DNA of 63,856 nucleotides, the filler included, from Collodictyon triciliatum (Eukaryota), in the NCBI GenBank assembly GCA_043381765.1. It is 4 parts of 4 records of this genome, joined end to end, with 100 filler letters (N's around TTAATTAATTAA, not from the genome) between each part and the next. Parts side by side here need not be neighbours in the genome. Positions count along the whole stretch, not along the records: positions 44,214 to 58,958 come from JBHJMP010001179.1; positions 59,059 to 63,856 come from JBHJMP010001218.1; 2 more parts are not named here. One strand, written 5' to 3'. This document shows, piece after piece, positions 47,901 through 61,651 of this stretch. Numbering within the stretch: position 1 is the first letter of the stretch; every line of letters begins with the position of its first letter. A program made the position numbers and the translations under genes. The notes under the pieces are model-generated. The model was not told where the DNA came from, searched no databases, and was given only the letters and a program-made list of their open reading frames with translations.

Positions 47901-50900
47901 TTTTTAACATATCGAGGCTTAGAAATAAAATGTTTATGACCCAAAGTAAATAATCGAATAAAAAAGGAGAATTTTTTATCATAATTGCGGCGAACTTTTC
48001 TAGCAGTTTGCTGTAACGAGCAGAGCTTATGAACTGAATATTATAAGGGTCATCCTCGATTATGGGAGCATTGAATGGGATCTGTTTGAAGAGCGAATTC
48101 AATTGATAATGGAATAAGACCCAGGGGAAAAAATAAATGAAAGATTGAGGAGCTGATGTCGATTCTGTGTCGCTGATGAGGACGTAATTATCTAAAAAAA
48201 AAAAGTGTAAAGAGCAAACTTTTGCTTTCTCTGTAAAGAATTTTGATCTCTCTGATGATATAGTGTTTGCGGAGGCAATAACGTTCACAGCTCGTCTAAA
48301 TGTTCGTTGCTGCCGAAGATGGCACATTAATTATCATATTAAATCATTTATACATAAGATGGAAATGCAAGGCCACTACTGTCAGAAAATGGAAAACATC
48401 AGCAACAAAAGAGAACAAATTGAAAGGGAAACTACAGGTTGAAATCCTTTGACTTTTTTCGTCAAGTTGGGTAGTCCCAGTTCGTCATTGTAAAGTAATC
48501 TGGTGGCGGCTTCTTTAACCTGGATTTTATAACCTTAATGTCTCACACCAACCAGTAAATAAGGCTTTGTTTTCATAATAATAAGGATTTAAAAAGTGCG
48601 TGTGCCAGTGTGAAAAAAAAAAAACATAAAATTCGTGTCGGAAAAAATGGCTCGCTTTGTTGCTAAAAATCTACCTTGTCAGATGGATCTGTTAGCATTA
48701 ACATTAATCGGCTTATTACTTGGGTCTCTGAATGATTCTTTGCAAAAACCTTGAGTAAAAACACAAGTTTTAGGCGATTCTGCTCTGTTTCCCCCACCAA
48801 AACGCCATCAGAGACAGCTTGGAGCATATTCCAAACAGGTAATTTCTCCAGAACCTAAATATCAAACCAGCAAAACCATTTATTTGATTCCATTTTTTTC
48901 TTATATCAATGGTTTCCAGGGTAGCATGAAAGAAAATAACTTCAATTTTTATTTTTTTCCAGTACTTTATTATTTATATGCAACATATTCCTCTATTCAA
49001 ATAACACACCTCGTTTGTGGTCTTGCTCATGAACAGATTAAGCAGATCTTCGCAAGCCTGCCTAACTCCGTCAAATAATGTGGCCTGATGAAGGGCAGCG
49101 ATTTTTGTTGCACAATTGGACGAATCCAGATTATCAATTCTAGGCAAAATCCCGTCTTGGATGTATTTGTTTAAAAAAAATCATTACATCTGATGAAACA
49201 AATATGCACAAGAAAATTTACAAGATGGACAATTAATACAAACTTATGATACGGATTAGTTGTTCCTGAAAATCGGCATTGTTTGAATTTTTTTCAATAC
49301 TTCCAAGAGAATACTCAAGAATTTTCTTCAACTCTGTGGGAATCAAAGCAACGCCACTCGCAGTAATTTCTTTGAGGCACTATAAGCAAGAGAGAGAGAG
49401 AGGATGATTGGCTTTACTTGAAAATTCTACAATCAAACAATTGTACTCTGATGTTATGCTATCAAACCTCACCATCAAGATTCCGATGCACAACTCGTTT
49501 TCAAGTATACTCTTAAGCACATATGTACAGCAAGTTGAGTTCTTCCCTTTAGAAAATGGATTTGAAAAGCTGAGATGAAATTTAATAAACGTTTCTAGGG
49601 TTCATAGAGAGGCTTCGACGAGCAGTTTGTGGGTAGAAAAATCAAACTGGATACAAAAAAATATGCATTCATACTGGTAATATTCTTGAGAGCCTGAGCT
49701 GTTGTCCGTAGAATGACCTCAGCATTTTAAAATATTCAACCAAAATAGATTTTAATTTATGAACGTATAGAAAAAATCCTGATTGATTTCTATCATTTGT
49801 AGTTGAAGAAGAAAATATAATTTAATGTGTTATGCAGCTACCGCTTCATCTTCGTTTTGACTATTGGTATACTTCTGGAAAACTAGAAACATGGCATCAA
49901 TTATGGGAAAACTGCTGTCATCGTCCATGGAGGGCAACTGCACTAGTTCTCCCAAAATCACCAACGTCGAACTCTGTCAATACAAAATGAAATAAAAAGG
50001 CGATTTGTTATTGAAATGAGTGTTCTGTGATGAAAGTAAAGCGACCGGAGGAATCCCAAACATCAGAAACCTGATATCCGTCATCTTGGAGATATTCGAC
50101 CAAATGAAAAACAATTTCATCGATTACTTGAGGTGAGACCGAAATCAGCAATGGCTTAAATGTCATCTTTACATATTGAAGAAAAAAACAGCAGTTGAAT
50201 TCAAAACCGTGGTGATGTTTGAATCGTTATGAAACGAAATTCAAAGTTAAACATCGCACAGGGTTCTAACCTTCAAAGAATCAAAAATTTGGTCGGAAGT
50301 CATAGGATTACAAAAACGCTCCATCGTAGAATCATCGTAATACATATGGAACTCCTCAATTTTGGGTTTGGACTGGGAGGAATACTGGAATGCGAAGAGT
50401 ACATTACTTAAATTAAATTATTTTTTTTATTCTTCCTTTCAATTTTGTGCAGGATGATTACTTAAATTAAATAAAAAAAGATTTTTTAAAAAAAAAACAC
50501 TTAGCGACAAAGGTGGTCAAATTTATTGAATGGATACTTCTATTTATTTGCGCAACTAATGTAAAATGATGACAATAAAATTCTCACCATCCGAGAGAGG
50601 TCAGGAATATTCAAAATCCATTCAAAAATGGTGGCTGACTCAAGTGCATCCCGAAGACTCCTTTACAAAAACAAATAAATTGATGAAAATCGTCCATACT
50701 GTGAATTAGATCAAATATGATGTTACACATGGAAGGCGTAGGCATAGGGCGATATTTCAATTCGATTAGTAATACGTGAATATTATGTAAAATCTTCTCA
50801 ATGTATTTAAAAAAGCATAAAGATAATGGATAAAATGATAGGTTCTCTTTTCATCGATTGAATAAAGAATACATGGACGCCGATCCAGTTATTGCATGAG

Positions 50901-53900
50901 ATCTGAATGATTCCTCGATGTATGTTGTGTTTGAAGATGCCCTTCGCTCGAGAATGTTCACAACTCTCGGGTCAGATGATCCAATCAGCGGCAATGTAGT
51001 CCAGTAAACCTTGGACCTCTCTTTTTCAGGCAATAAGCTTCCCTAATGGAAAAAAAAAAGGAAGGAAAAAAGTTATAAAAAAAGCTGCAGACTGATTTAT
51101 GGATATATTAAGTGGGTAATCAACAAATACTATCGCTTCACCTGAAATAGAATTCCATCAAGAGCCACATATCGAATATTTCGGTTGGGACTGTGAAGAA
51201 AGGGCATCATGCACTGCAATCCCAATAAAATGGAGGAAGGTGGAAAGAGAATGTGATGTAGTGATTCGATCCGTTGAAAACAATTGATTTATGACTGAAT
51301 ATTAATGTATGTCAATTTTTGTGGGTAGCTAATATGTTTTCTATATATATATATATATGGCTGCGGATGCAAAGGAAACCTGAATACGAGCTGGAACGAA
51401 TTCGTTGTCATTCATAGCTCCGAGTGCCTTGATACTCGAAATAAGCAATCCTTGTTTGCAGAGTGAAAGAGAGGGAATATGAATTATTTTTTCTGGCATT
51501 GAGTCAATCAACATATAAACTGGTTCGGCTATATTATAATTCCACAAAACGAATGCAAGGAATAGTACTGTCGATTTGATGCTGATACAGCTTTGATAAA
51601 AGAGGGTCCGATTCCCTCTCCCATTTTTCCTTCTGAAGGAGGTCAATGTCAGCTTCGATAAATTCAAAATATGCCCTTGGTTTTGCTGCGGACGCTTGAC
51701 GGAATATCAGAGGATATATATGGGCCGCAACTTTTGTGATGGTTGAGTCGCTTCGAGCTATCATCTTCCTAAGTATGCAGTTCAATTTATCTGAATTTCA
51801 TTGTTTTCTTATGTAATTAGATATATGCGCATTATTGCAATAAGATAACAACAGGAAACGCAATCATGGTACCTATCGTTGAAGTTTTATAAAAATCACC
51901 TGGTTGCATCACGGAGTTTATCGTAATAAGATTTGGCGTCTCCAGACTGCGTCAGCAATAAAGATCCGAAAAATCGTAGGCATGATGTTTTCAGGTGCAG
52001 CGACGGATGGTCGATATCAATCAACTCCAGACATTTGTCCGCGAGCAATTCAATCATCATAGACGTTAGGGGTTGAATAGAGAATTGGACAAATATGGAC
52101 CCGATTTCTACGGCAGAGCTACATATTTATGTGTGTGGTGCTAATCAACATAGAATTTGAATAAATCGGAAATAGATCGTATTGCTGAAAGATATGAATT
52201 ATACATGATAAATCGAAGGCGAGGCTATGGCCTGTGGTTTATTACCTTTGCTCATAAATCGACTTTGTCAGCATTTCTTTCATCACGGAAATAACCGTGC
52301 GTATTGCTTCCTCGCTAGGTTTGCGTCGATCAAAAACGCTTCTTACGATTGTTTGAGCACAAAAACTGCACGGAAAAAAATAATTCCTACTTCAGAGTCA
52401 AGTTCACATTTCAGACAGAAAGATTATTTTAATTCGCTCTTGAGAAAATACAACCTTCTAATCGACCTGCCAACTTGTTGGATATATGGCAATAGTAGTT
52501 TGTATACAATAGTGCTTTCGGTTTCATTCAGTATCTAAGAGGAGTAAATAAATCGACAAAATTACGTAAACACTACAATATAAAAAAAATTTATTCTAAA
52601 AGTCTTAGCTGACTATAATATAAAATTGCGTGAATGTTGATAACACAGTATATTCATGGAACAAAATTATCAGGAAAAGCAAGAAAGGAAATACAATCCA
52701 AGTATTTTGCGTTGTTTTGAAATTACCACATTCATGAGTCCCAATTTACGAACAAGTAAAACAAAGTGATGAGGAAGCTGAGAACTTGAAGAGAAAGGGA
52801 GCCCAAACATGCAAAAATCCTACACATCAGCATATTGGACAGGTTAAAATAAATCAACAATTGATTTAAATGATAAGAGTTGTTTTTTTCTTACACCATT
52901 TGCCCTCGACTGGACATAATCTGCCACCCCGTCTTTGAAGTTTTTATATTAAAAAAGAAAGGCATAAGGAACGCTTTGATATAATAAAAATTCACATGCC
53001 TACACTATGATTATGACTTTCACTAATGAATCGCTCAAGTTCTGAGAAACCTTTGTATGTTTCAAAAAATGAATTCCAAAAGATAGAGAGCAGGCGAGAG
53101 TCTCTCATTGTGTAGTTCAGAAACCCATTCTCCACCTCAAGCAGGCCATCGATGATAACATCCATGCTGGTAGAATAGTGCGCAAAAAGTTGCTTTCAGT
53201 TAGCAGTTGTTATTGTTTTTCATTCACTGCAAAAAATCGAAACAAATATCTAACTATGACAGGATCGGCAGTTTTATACATAAATGTTAAAACGCACTTT
53301 TTTTTAAAGCATTTAGTGAAATCAACTTACAGTATTATATTTTCGATTGGTTTCTTGGCAATTTTGTGGTCGAAAACCTCAAATACATTCAACTTGTTAA
53401 AGCGAGGCAACGATTTGGTCAGTCTCGTTATTATTTGCACTAGCTGCTCAAAACTAATTCAAATATTTATCAGCACTGAGAATGAATGTAGAGATAAAGT
53501 AAAACACGTTTTTTCTTTTCAGATAGAAATAGACGTAAACATACGCATTATACAGATAAAGTATATAGAATCTCGGTTAAATATGGGGGTGACTTTACTT
53601 ACCATGCTGAATTCGAATCCCCGAGTGACAGAATCAATATACACATCGCCTTATCGACAGCAGGGTATAAATCAGACGTCAGGGCCAAGTGTTGCAAGTA
53701 AGCATAAGTTGATTTTCTGACCGATACATTTGGATGTAGTGGAAAGTGTGCCAAAGAGTAAAGAAATCCTGTTATTGTTTGTGGTGAAACTTGAGTCGAA
53801 TCCAAGAGCATCAGTAGATCAAGGGTTAAGAGGATGACTCTAGTGGCATCATCGTTGTCAGATGAGGGAGAGGCCTCCGGGTGGTGCTCGTATGTTATTT

Positions 53901-56900
53901 CTGTGAGTATTGTGTACAAATAGTTGTAAATAATCTCCATATGGGCCGGCACCATTTGGATATCTGTGGCCTTCAAGATTTTGATAATTATGTCAATGAC
54001 CATTGCTCTCAGATTCAAGGGAATATCCAATAAAATGGTGGCCAACGAATGAATCGAAAAAGAGTCGGGCTCGTCCCATGATATTGATGTTGAAAAGACG
54101 CTCAATTTTTTCAAAAGATTTGCTTGTTGCTCAAAGGACATGTATGGTATTCGATTGATGTCCCGCGAAAACGTTTTCAGTGTTATTGCTTTGGTTTTTG
54201 AGGATATCTATGTCCAAGGATTATTTATGAGAAGGAAGGAATGTCAAGCAAAGAAGAAAAAAAGGAGAAAAGAAAAAATTGCCTAATTACAAGAACCAGC
54301 GATAAAATCAAAATCATAATCGATAGAGGGCATATTAAGAAAAAATTAAAACAAAATTGTGTGATTAAACGATGGAGTATTGGTGGAAAATTACGTGGAG
54401 AAGTAGTGAGTTTAAAGATTCAACTTTGGAAGGTCGATTTTTTTGTGGAACATGGCTTTGTTGTGGAAGGCGAAATCCTCCAAGTCCTTTCTCGAAAGCT
54501 TGGCAAAGCTCTGGTGGAATATCCCAAAACTTTCCATAGCTTGCGACAACTTCTGTGTATACAAATCTAGTTTGTATATCTTGGTCAATGCACCCATACA
54601 CTATTGTTTCTAGCACCTATATGAAGCTATATTATAAGTATCCAGAGGACATTCAGAGGAAATAGCTGGGTTATACAGTGAGTTAACTTTGAAGGAAAAA
54701 GACATCATGCACATGACGAGAAGGATGATGTAGATACGTGTAACATAATAGACCAACATTTTTTTGGGAGAAAGACTGAAATTGGTTTGCACTGCCTGAC
54801 GATAGAGAAAGAATAGATATAGCGGCGAGGTATCGATGAAGAGGAGAAGTTGCATGACTGTACTGGCATGTTTCAGATAGGAAAGTTGATATCATCTCCC
54901 CAGTGACCCTCCTTTGATGATTTTGGAAATGAATGAAGATATAATTTGTTTGAATTTTTTGGTGTGGTGGTTTTTGTGTGAATATTTAATTATTTGAACA
55001 GAGCTGAAAAAATGTGGAAAGTAAAAACGATACAAAAACAACTGGGTAAACTCGAAATTTGCAAGATGTGAAAGATATCAGAAATGACCCACTTCAGCTC
55101 CGGTGACTCCTGTGTTTTGGTTGAAAGCTTAAGAGAAAACGAAGACAAAGCCCATGAAAACATGTCTATATTCTCTTCCTGGACTACGGTCAGAAGGGAT
55201 ATGAACGATGGCAGAAGATTCCATGATGCTTTGTGGTAAATATGAAAAAAAATATTCAGTGAGGAGCGTTCTAGAGAACATGCATAGAGCGCTGAAGTAA
55301 TTTTCGATTATCGAAATAATTATAGATTCTATAGACTGACCAATATTATTAATAGCTGCTATTGATATGGTTTCCGATATGATTGTTGAAATAGCTCCCT
55401 TTACATGATAGCGCTCATACTCTGACTGAATGTCGAATTTTGAAAATTTATTTCAAGTATTAAAATTCTCAACATATAGTGAGAGAAAATCAAAGAAATA
55501 TGAACAGTATAATTTTAAAAGAATGAGTTTATTGAATTTGTCACATACATATTTTTAAATTGTCGATTTCTAAGAAAAAAATTCAAAAAATTCAATGAGG
55601 AAGAACCTTATCTTTGATATTGATTAATTGGTTCAAAATTTGGTGTATCAGAGCTGGTTCATGCCTGCAGTATAGAGGTGCAAGGATTTCCATCGCCTGA
55701 ACGAAAGGAATAATTGACTCCAGTATCTTGGGGAGAGAAAGGAAAATATAATAACTACGGCATAATTCATGAATTGAACAACTTTGAAGCTATTCGTTGT
55801 GATTTTTGTGAGGTTAGAGAATTGAAAAACACAGCAATCATCCTCACTTTTGATATCATTGCCCGAATGAACTTGGATTGGTTTGATACGTTGTTGGATA
55901 GAGCCCAATCAAGAGTGAAAAACATGTTCCATAAGGATACGTCTGAACAGTTTTTGTAATTTTGATACAAATTGAGAATAAATAGAATTTGAAAGGAATA
56001 TATATATATAAAAAAAAAACACAATACTTATATGCTGTGCTGGGATAATCCTTTCTCCGGCAACTAAACAATGCGCGATGGAGAGCACCACGGTTTCCTG
56101 TTGATAAGGGTTTCAATTTTCGTCTGAGTATGATTTTATAAATTCAGAGTTCCATCCACGAGATGCAACCATCAGGTTTACGTGCGAAGTCGAGAAATTA
56201 GAAACGGATATAAAAAAGTTAGAGAGAGAGTTAGAGAGAGGGTTATGAAAAAAAAAATTCAGAAGCATTAGATTTATCTAAAGTGCTGACTATATTTTGA
56301 TGTTCAGGGTCGGCCAAAAGTCCCTCCAAAGCGACAATAATTGGGAGGCAGACCGATGTTGCATTAGAGAATAAGTTGGATAAATATTGACTAATTGCGC
56401 CAAAAGCATCTGAATGGATGAAGGAGAAATTAGACTATGGTTTATATTAGAGTCCATGAATATGAGAGCAAACTCTGCATATAGCATTTTGATTCGAATT
56501 CAATTTTTATTTATAAGATTGATAGAATAGAATCCATTATTCTCTGTTTATATATAGCATTTTTGGTATGATTTTTGTATCATAGAGTTCTCAAAACGAA
56601 AACATTGATATTCTTTGAAAGAATCATTTACGTGTTTGTCTGGGGTTGAGCAGCTGAGACTTTAACTTTTGGAAAAGTTCCTGTGGATTCTCCAGCAAAG
56701 CCTTTTCAATTACTGGAGAAAGTACAAATCATATTGTGTTGTCAATTAGCAAAATGTTCACCTGGTTCCAAAAAAAAAAAAAAAACGGAATGGAGGAATG
56801 AATGGCTACGCTATATCTTAGAAATATACGACAGAATATTTTGATTCGCGACTTTAATTTGACTATAAAAGTTGGTTCGTGTACATACTACTGAGAGGAG

Positions 56901-57773
56901 GAGGGACAAAAGCATCAAGCCTGAGAGAAGCTCGTCTGTTTGTTGAGTTTGATCTGAGACGAGAAACCGGCCCCATTTTCTGCTCCGAGACCGAAGCTGG
57001 CCCGGCAAAAGAGACGTGATGTCCTTGCCCCATCACAAAGGATGTGGAAGTATTGGATGTGACCGAAACACGACGACCAGAGCGCTGGAATGAGGCAGAT
57101 GCAAGCGGCGAAAGAGGAGGCTGCGGGACGGCCTGAGACGGGCTCTGCGGATTGGGGAAAAGATTCGGCAGACGAGAGACCATGCGCCATATCTGCAGGC
57201 GCCACCGAATGTCCGGATGATGAACGTGAGCCAGGAGCAGAGCAACTGCCTCCATAAAGCGCTCCTCGCTGAACGGCAGGTCCAGTGATATCCGCGGATT
57301 TTTTGCCGGCGACTGTTTTTGGTATTGTTTTTGTTGCTGTTGCTGTTGTTGCAAAAGTGTTTGGTCATATTCGCGTCTGCGCATGGCCAGAAGCTGCTCC
57401 TGTGGAGTCTGTTCGGATTCGGCCCCAGCAGTCTGGCCGGGAGTTTCACGCTGACCAGCATCTGAGTTTGTATCTGTATCTGCATCGGCATCGGTGTCTG
57501 CGCTGGTGTCTGCGTCGGTGTTATCGCACTCGGCCGTGTCTGTGCCTGAATCTTTGTTCGTGTTTGCATTTGCACTTGTGTTTGTATCGCTTTTCGGGTG
57601 CCGCTGTTTTGGACGGGAAAAATGTGGGCGAAGTGTTGCAAGTCGAGACTTTGGATGCTGAGCGAGTAGCGGAAGTGCGTATGCTGCGTGGAACCAGGAG
57701 AGAAGCGGCTCCGGCACGAATCCGTTGACAGTTGTTTCCGTGAAGGTCTGCAGGCGGGCGGTGCTTGGAAGAG
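44992..57773 (-). CDS. Very large multi-exon HEAT/ARM-repeat-like protein of unknown family; start lies in or beyond the N gap
   Basis: Dozens of GT-AG-bounded minus-strand exons encode amphipathic helical repeats, e.g. LLLAHVHHPDIRWR, IIVALEGLLADPEHQNIETVVLSIAHCL, HPNVSVRKSTYAYL, LILSLGDSNS, GCIDQDIQTR, LLDSVDDWDSNIRHFCIEKLA. Terminal exon ...KPLIAKKPKE*. Only part of the junctions were checked. Confidence 0.7.
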
Positions 57774-58538
57774 NNNNNNNNNNNNNNNNNNNNNNNNNNN
57801 NNNNNNNNNNNNNNNNNNNNNNNNNNNNNNNNNNNNNNNNNNNNNNNNNNNNNNNNNNNNNNNNNNNNNNNNNNNNNNNNNNNNNNNNNNNNNNNNNNNN
57901 NNNNNNNNNNNNNNNNNNNNNNNNNNNNNNNNNNNNNNNNNNNNNNNNNNNNNNNNNNNNNNNNNNNNNNNNNNNNNNNNNNNNNNNNNNNNNNNNNNNN
58001 NNNNNNNNNNNNNNNNNNNNNNNNNNNNNNNNNNNNNNNNNNNNNNNNNNNNNNNNNNNNNNNNNNNNNNNNNNNNNNNNNNNNNNNNNNNNNNNNNNNN
58101 NNNNNNNNNNNNNNNNNNNNNNNNNNNNNNNNNNNNNNNNNNNNNNNNNNNNNNNNNNNNNNNNNNNNNNNNNNNNNNNNNNNNNNNNNNNNNNNNNNNN
58201 NNNNNNNNNNNNNNNNNNNNNNNNNNNNNNNNNNNNNNNNNNNNNNNNNNNNNNNNNNNCTTTGATGCACCAAATCTTTCCAATTTTTTTTTTTTTTTTT
58301 TTTTGCGCACCAAATTTTTGAGTGGTTTATTCAATACTATTTTGTTGGAAGCAGCAAAAGAAAAAAGAAACAGTTGAAGCAAGAGTGTATGAAAAGGAAC
58401 AGAAAGTAAAGCCATGATAATCGTCATTGCAACGACCGTATGACTTGAACAACAACCAAGGCAGAAGCAAAGAGTAGACACGCGGCAAATAAGCATCACA
58501 CCTGCGAGCCCAGGCCAACTGCACGATCTGCTCCCGTG

Positions 58539-58752
58539 ATGACTGACGAGGACAGCTTTGGGGCGTTGTTCGACTTTGGGGCACAATCGGACGGCTTCGA
58601 CGTGATCTCTGGAAGCCGATCCATCTCTGCTCCTCCCTCCATGAATCCTCAGCGAAAACAACACAAGTCTGCCTCACCGAACCTTTCGAAGGGTTCGTTG
58701 TTGCATCAGATGCCCATCCCCCACAAGTCTATCCCGCGCTCGGTGACTTCGG
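58539..58752 (+). CDS. First exon of a hypothetical low-complexity protein
   Basis: MTDEDSFGALFDFGAQSDGFDVISGSRS...PRSVTS followed by a strong G|GTGAGT donor. Continuation across the linker is unproven. Confidence 0.5.
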
Positions 58753-58859
58753 TGAGTCACACCTTTTCAGGCGAAATCAGACATGTCCAAATGTTGCTCT
58801 TGTGAAGTATTGAGTATCCCTTTTTCTTTTTCTTTTCTTTTTCTTTTCTTTTTCTTTTC

Positions 58860-58891
<32 letters not shown>

Positions 58892-58958
58892 CTTTTCTTT
58901 TCTTTTCTTTTCTTTTCTTTTCTTTTCTTTTCTTTTCTTTTCTTTTCTTTTCTTTTCT

Positions 58959-59058
58959 NNNNNNNNNNNNNNNNNNNNNNNNNNNNNNNNNNNNNNNNNN
59001 NNTTAATTAATTAANNNNNNNNNNNNNNNNNNNNNNNNNNNNNNNNNNNNNNNNNNNN
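58959..59058. other. Artificial contig linker flanked by (TTTTC)n and poly(A)
   Basis: N44-TTAATTAATTAA-N44. Confidence 0.95.
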
Positions 59059-59145
<87 letters not shown>

Positions 59146-61651
59146 AAAAAACAAAAAACAAAAAAAAACAAAAAAAATAAATAGAATAGCAAAAACAAAA
59201 ACAAAACACAAAACACAAAACACAAAACACAAAACACAAAAAAAACAAAAAACAAAAAAACAAAAAAATATAATAATTTTAAAAATACGAGCGCATTTAC
59301 GACCACCATGAAAAACAGAGCAGGAAGCTATTGCCCCCGAAGGTGCGCTTCACAACCCCAATACCGTCCGTGCCACTGCCTCGACAAAATTCCCGTGCTT
59401 CGTCACCCGCTTATCCTGGATTCGCTCCGGCCTTTTCCCAGGTGAATCTTCTCATTCAAGCACAGCCACAGCGCAATATTACAGATGAAGAACAGAAACC
59501 TCAGAATACGGAGATGCATGATTCAAACTATTCGGTGTACAGTTTTAAGTTGACTGAGATAGCCACATATTTAGTAATGTATAATTGCAGGGATATCTAT
59601 ACACCGCAACCTGCGCATGATGCCATAGTTTTTAGTTGCACCCAAATAAAATAACAACACCACCACCAACACGAATAATCAACATCAGCAAANNNNNNNN
59701 NNNNNNNNNNNNNNNNNNNNNNNNNNNNNNNNNNNNNNNNNNNNNNNNNNNNNNNNNNNNNNNNNNNNNNNNNNNNNNNNNNNNNNNNNNNNNNNNNNNN
59801 NNNNNNNNNNNNNNNNNNNNNNNNNNNNNNNNNNNNNNNNNNNNNNNNNNNNNNNNNNNNNNNNNNNNNNNNNNNNNNNNNNNNNNNNNNNNNNNNNNNN
59901 NNNNNNNNNNNNNNNNNNNNNNNNNNNNNNNNNNNNNNNNNNNNNNNNNNNNNNNNNNNNNNNNNNNNNNNNNNNNNNNNNNNNNNNNNNNNNNNNNNNN
60001 NNNNNNNNNNNNNNNNNNNNNNNNNNNNNNNNNNNNNNNNNNNNNNNNNNNNNNNNNNNNNNNNNNNNNNNNNNNNNNNNNNNNNNNNNNNNNNNNNNNN
60101 NNNNNNNNNNNNNNNNNNNNNNNNNNNNNNNNNCGTGGCGTGACGGTGCATGACGGCCTCGTGACAAGCAGGATGATATATTTTCCAGATATAGCTATTA
60201 GTATTCTGTGTGACGCACACGAAATTTTAAAAAGGCTATTATGTGACCTCCCGAATAACCATGTAGAGGATTTTCGACCGAATTAGGTATTCTTTAAATA
60301 GATAATATGAAAAAGGAAATTTTAATTCCAAATGAAGATCAATTGTGGCCCACCAAATCACTATTCAGGAAACATGAGTTTCCACCGAAATTCACAATTC
60401 CTATAACAGGACGATGCCTGGAAATACTTCTATTTATAGAAACATCATCGAAGCATACATCCTCATATGCAATTATTAATCTCATGTTTATAAAAAAATA
60501 ACCAATTTGGGATAATTATTTGCACAATGTTCCTGCCCGTTTTCGCCTTACCCAAGTAACAAACCAAAGAAGCAAGCCTGGTGAAAACGAATAAAGCTTA
60601 AATTCAAAACCAGAAATCAGGCATAATTCCAATTATCTGGATGCACACCCACTCGATTGCGATTGTGTTAATAAAAGATTCTCCCTTCTCTAGCAACCAA
60701 TAATAAGCCGATGATGCCATCGCAATGCCGGGCGATTGACGCACATATTTTGATTTGTGATTGCCCGATTATCAGAGAAACGATTCCGCCGCCAATAAAA
60801 AGAATAAAAGAAAAACCATCGGCAACGATTCAATCAATCAGTGTGTGCAGCAACTCATCACCCAAATCACCAAACAAGCTAGCAACATCAATTTGTAACT
60901 GAAGGGATGATCTACTCTACTTACCAGTGCCATTTGATTGATGTTTGTGATGATTTCTTGATTGGGTTGTCCGCATCTGATCTGGAAGGATTATTGCACA
61001 CCACAAAACATGTCCTTTTTTCTTTCTTTCTTTCTTTGACAATCTATAGTTCTGAGAGCATTCTTTTGATTTAGATGATCACATCACATCGCAGATCAGA
61101 ACAAATCAATCTCCGCTCATCACCTTATCAACCCATCAATACATCAACCCTTTTAAAACCCCGAAAAAAAAAATAGGACGAGAAAACCTAACTCATGCAT
61201 AGATTTCAATCCCCTCATAGTTTCTATCAGCAAATTCTCATCCGTCGCACATCATTATCTCTTCTGGTTCTTTTTCTTGGCCAGACGATTACCCCATGCT
61301 ACGCTGATTACAAAAAACAAAAACAAAAAAACAAAAAACAAAAAAACAAAAAACAAAAAAACAAAAAAACAAAAAAGAACAAAAAATGATGACGAAAATC
61401 CTGCTCCGTGTCTCATTCATCCGGTCCTGGGTTTCCTTTTTCCATCTCCCTTGCTACTCATCACCCTCTTTCTTTCTCTGCTCCCGTCCTCTTCGCTCCT
61501 CTCCTCTTCTATTTTAACACTACCAGCCCGATGAAATCGAAATCAAACTCAAACTCAAATCAAAATCACACGAGAAATCAAAGACACCCCGGAAAAACAA
61601 ATCATTTCTCCACAACAGGATCGAGGAAAAGTCTCCGCTGCCCAGACAAGA

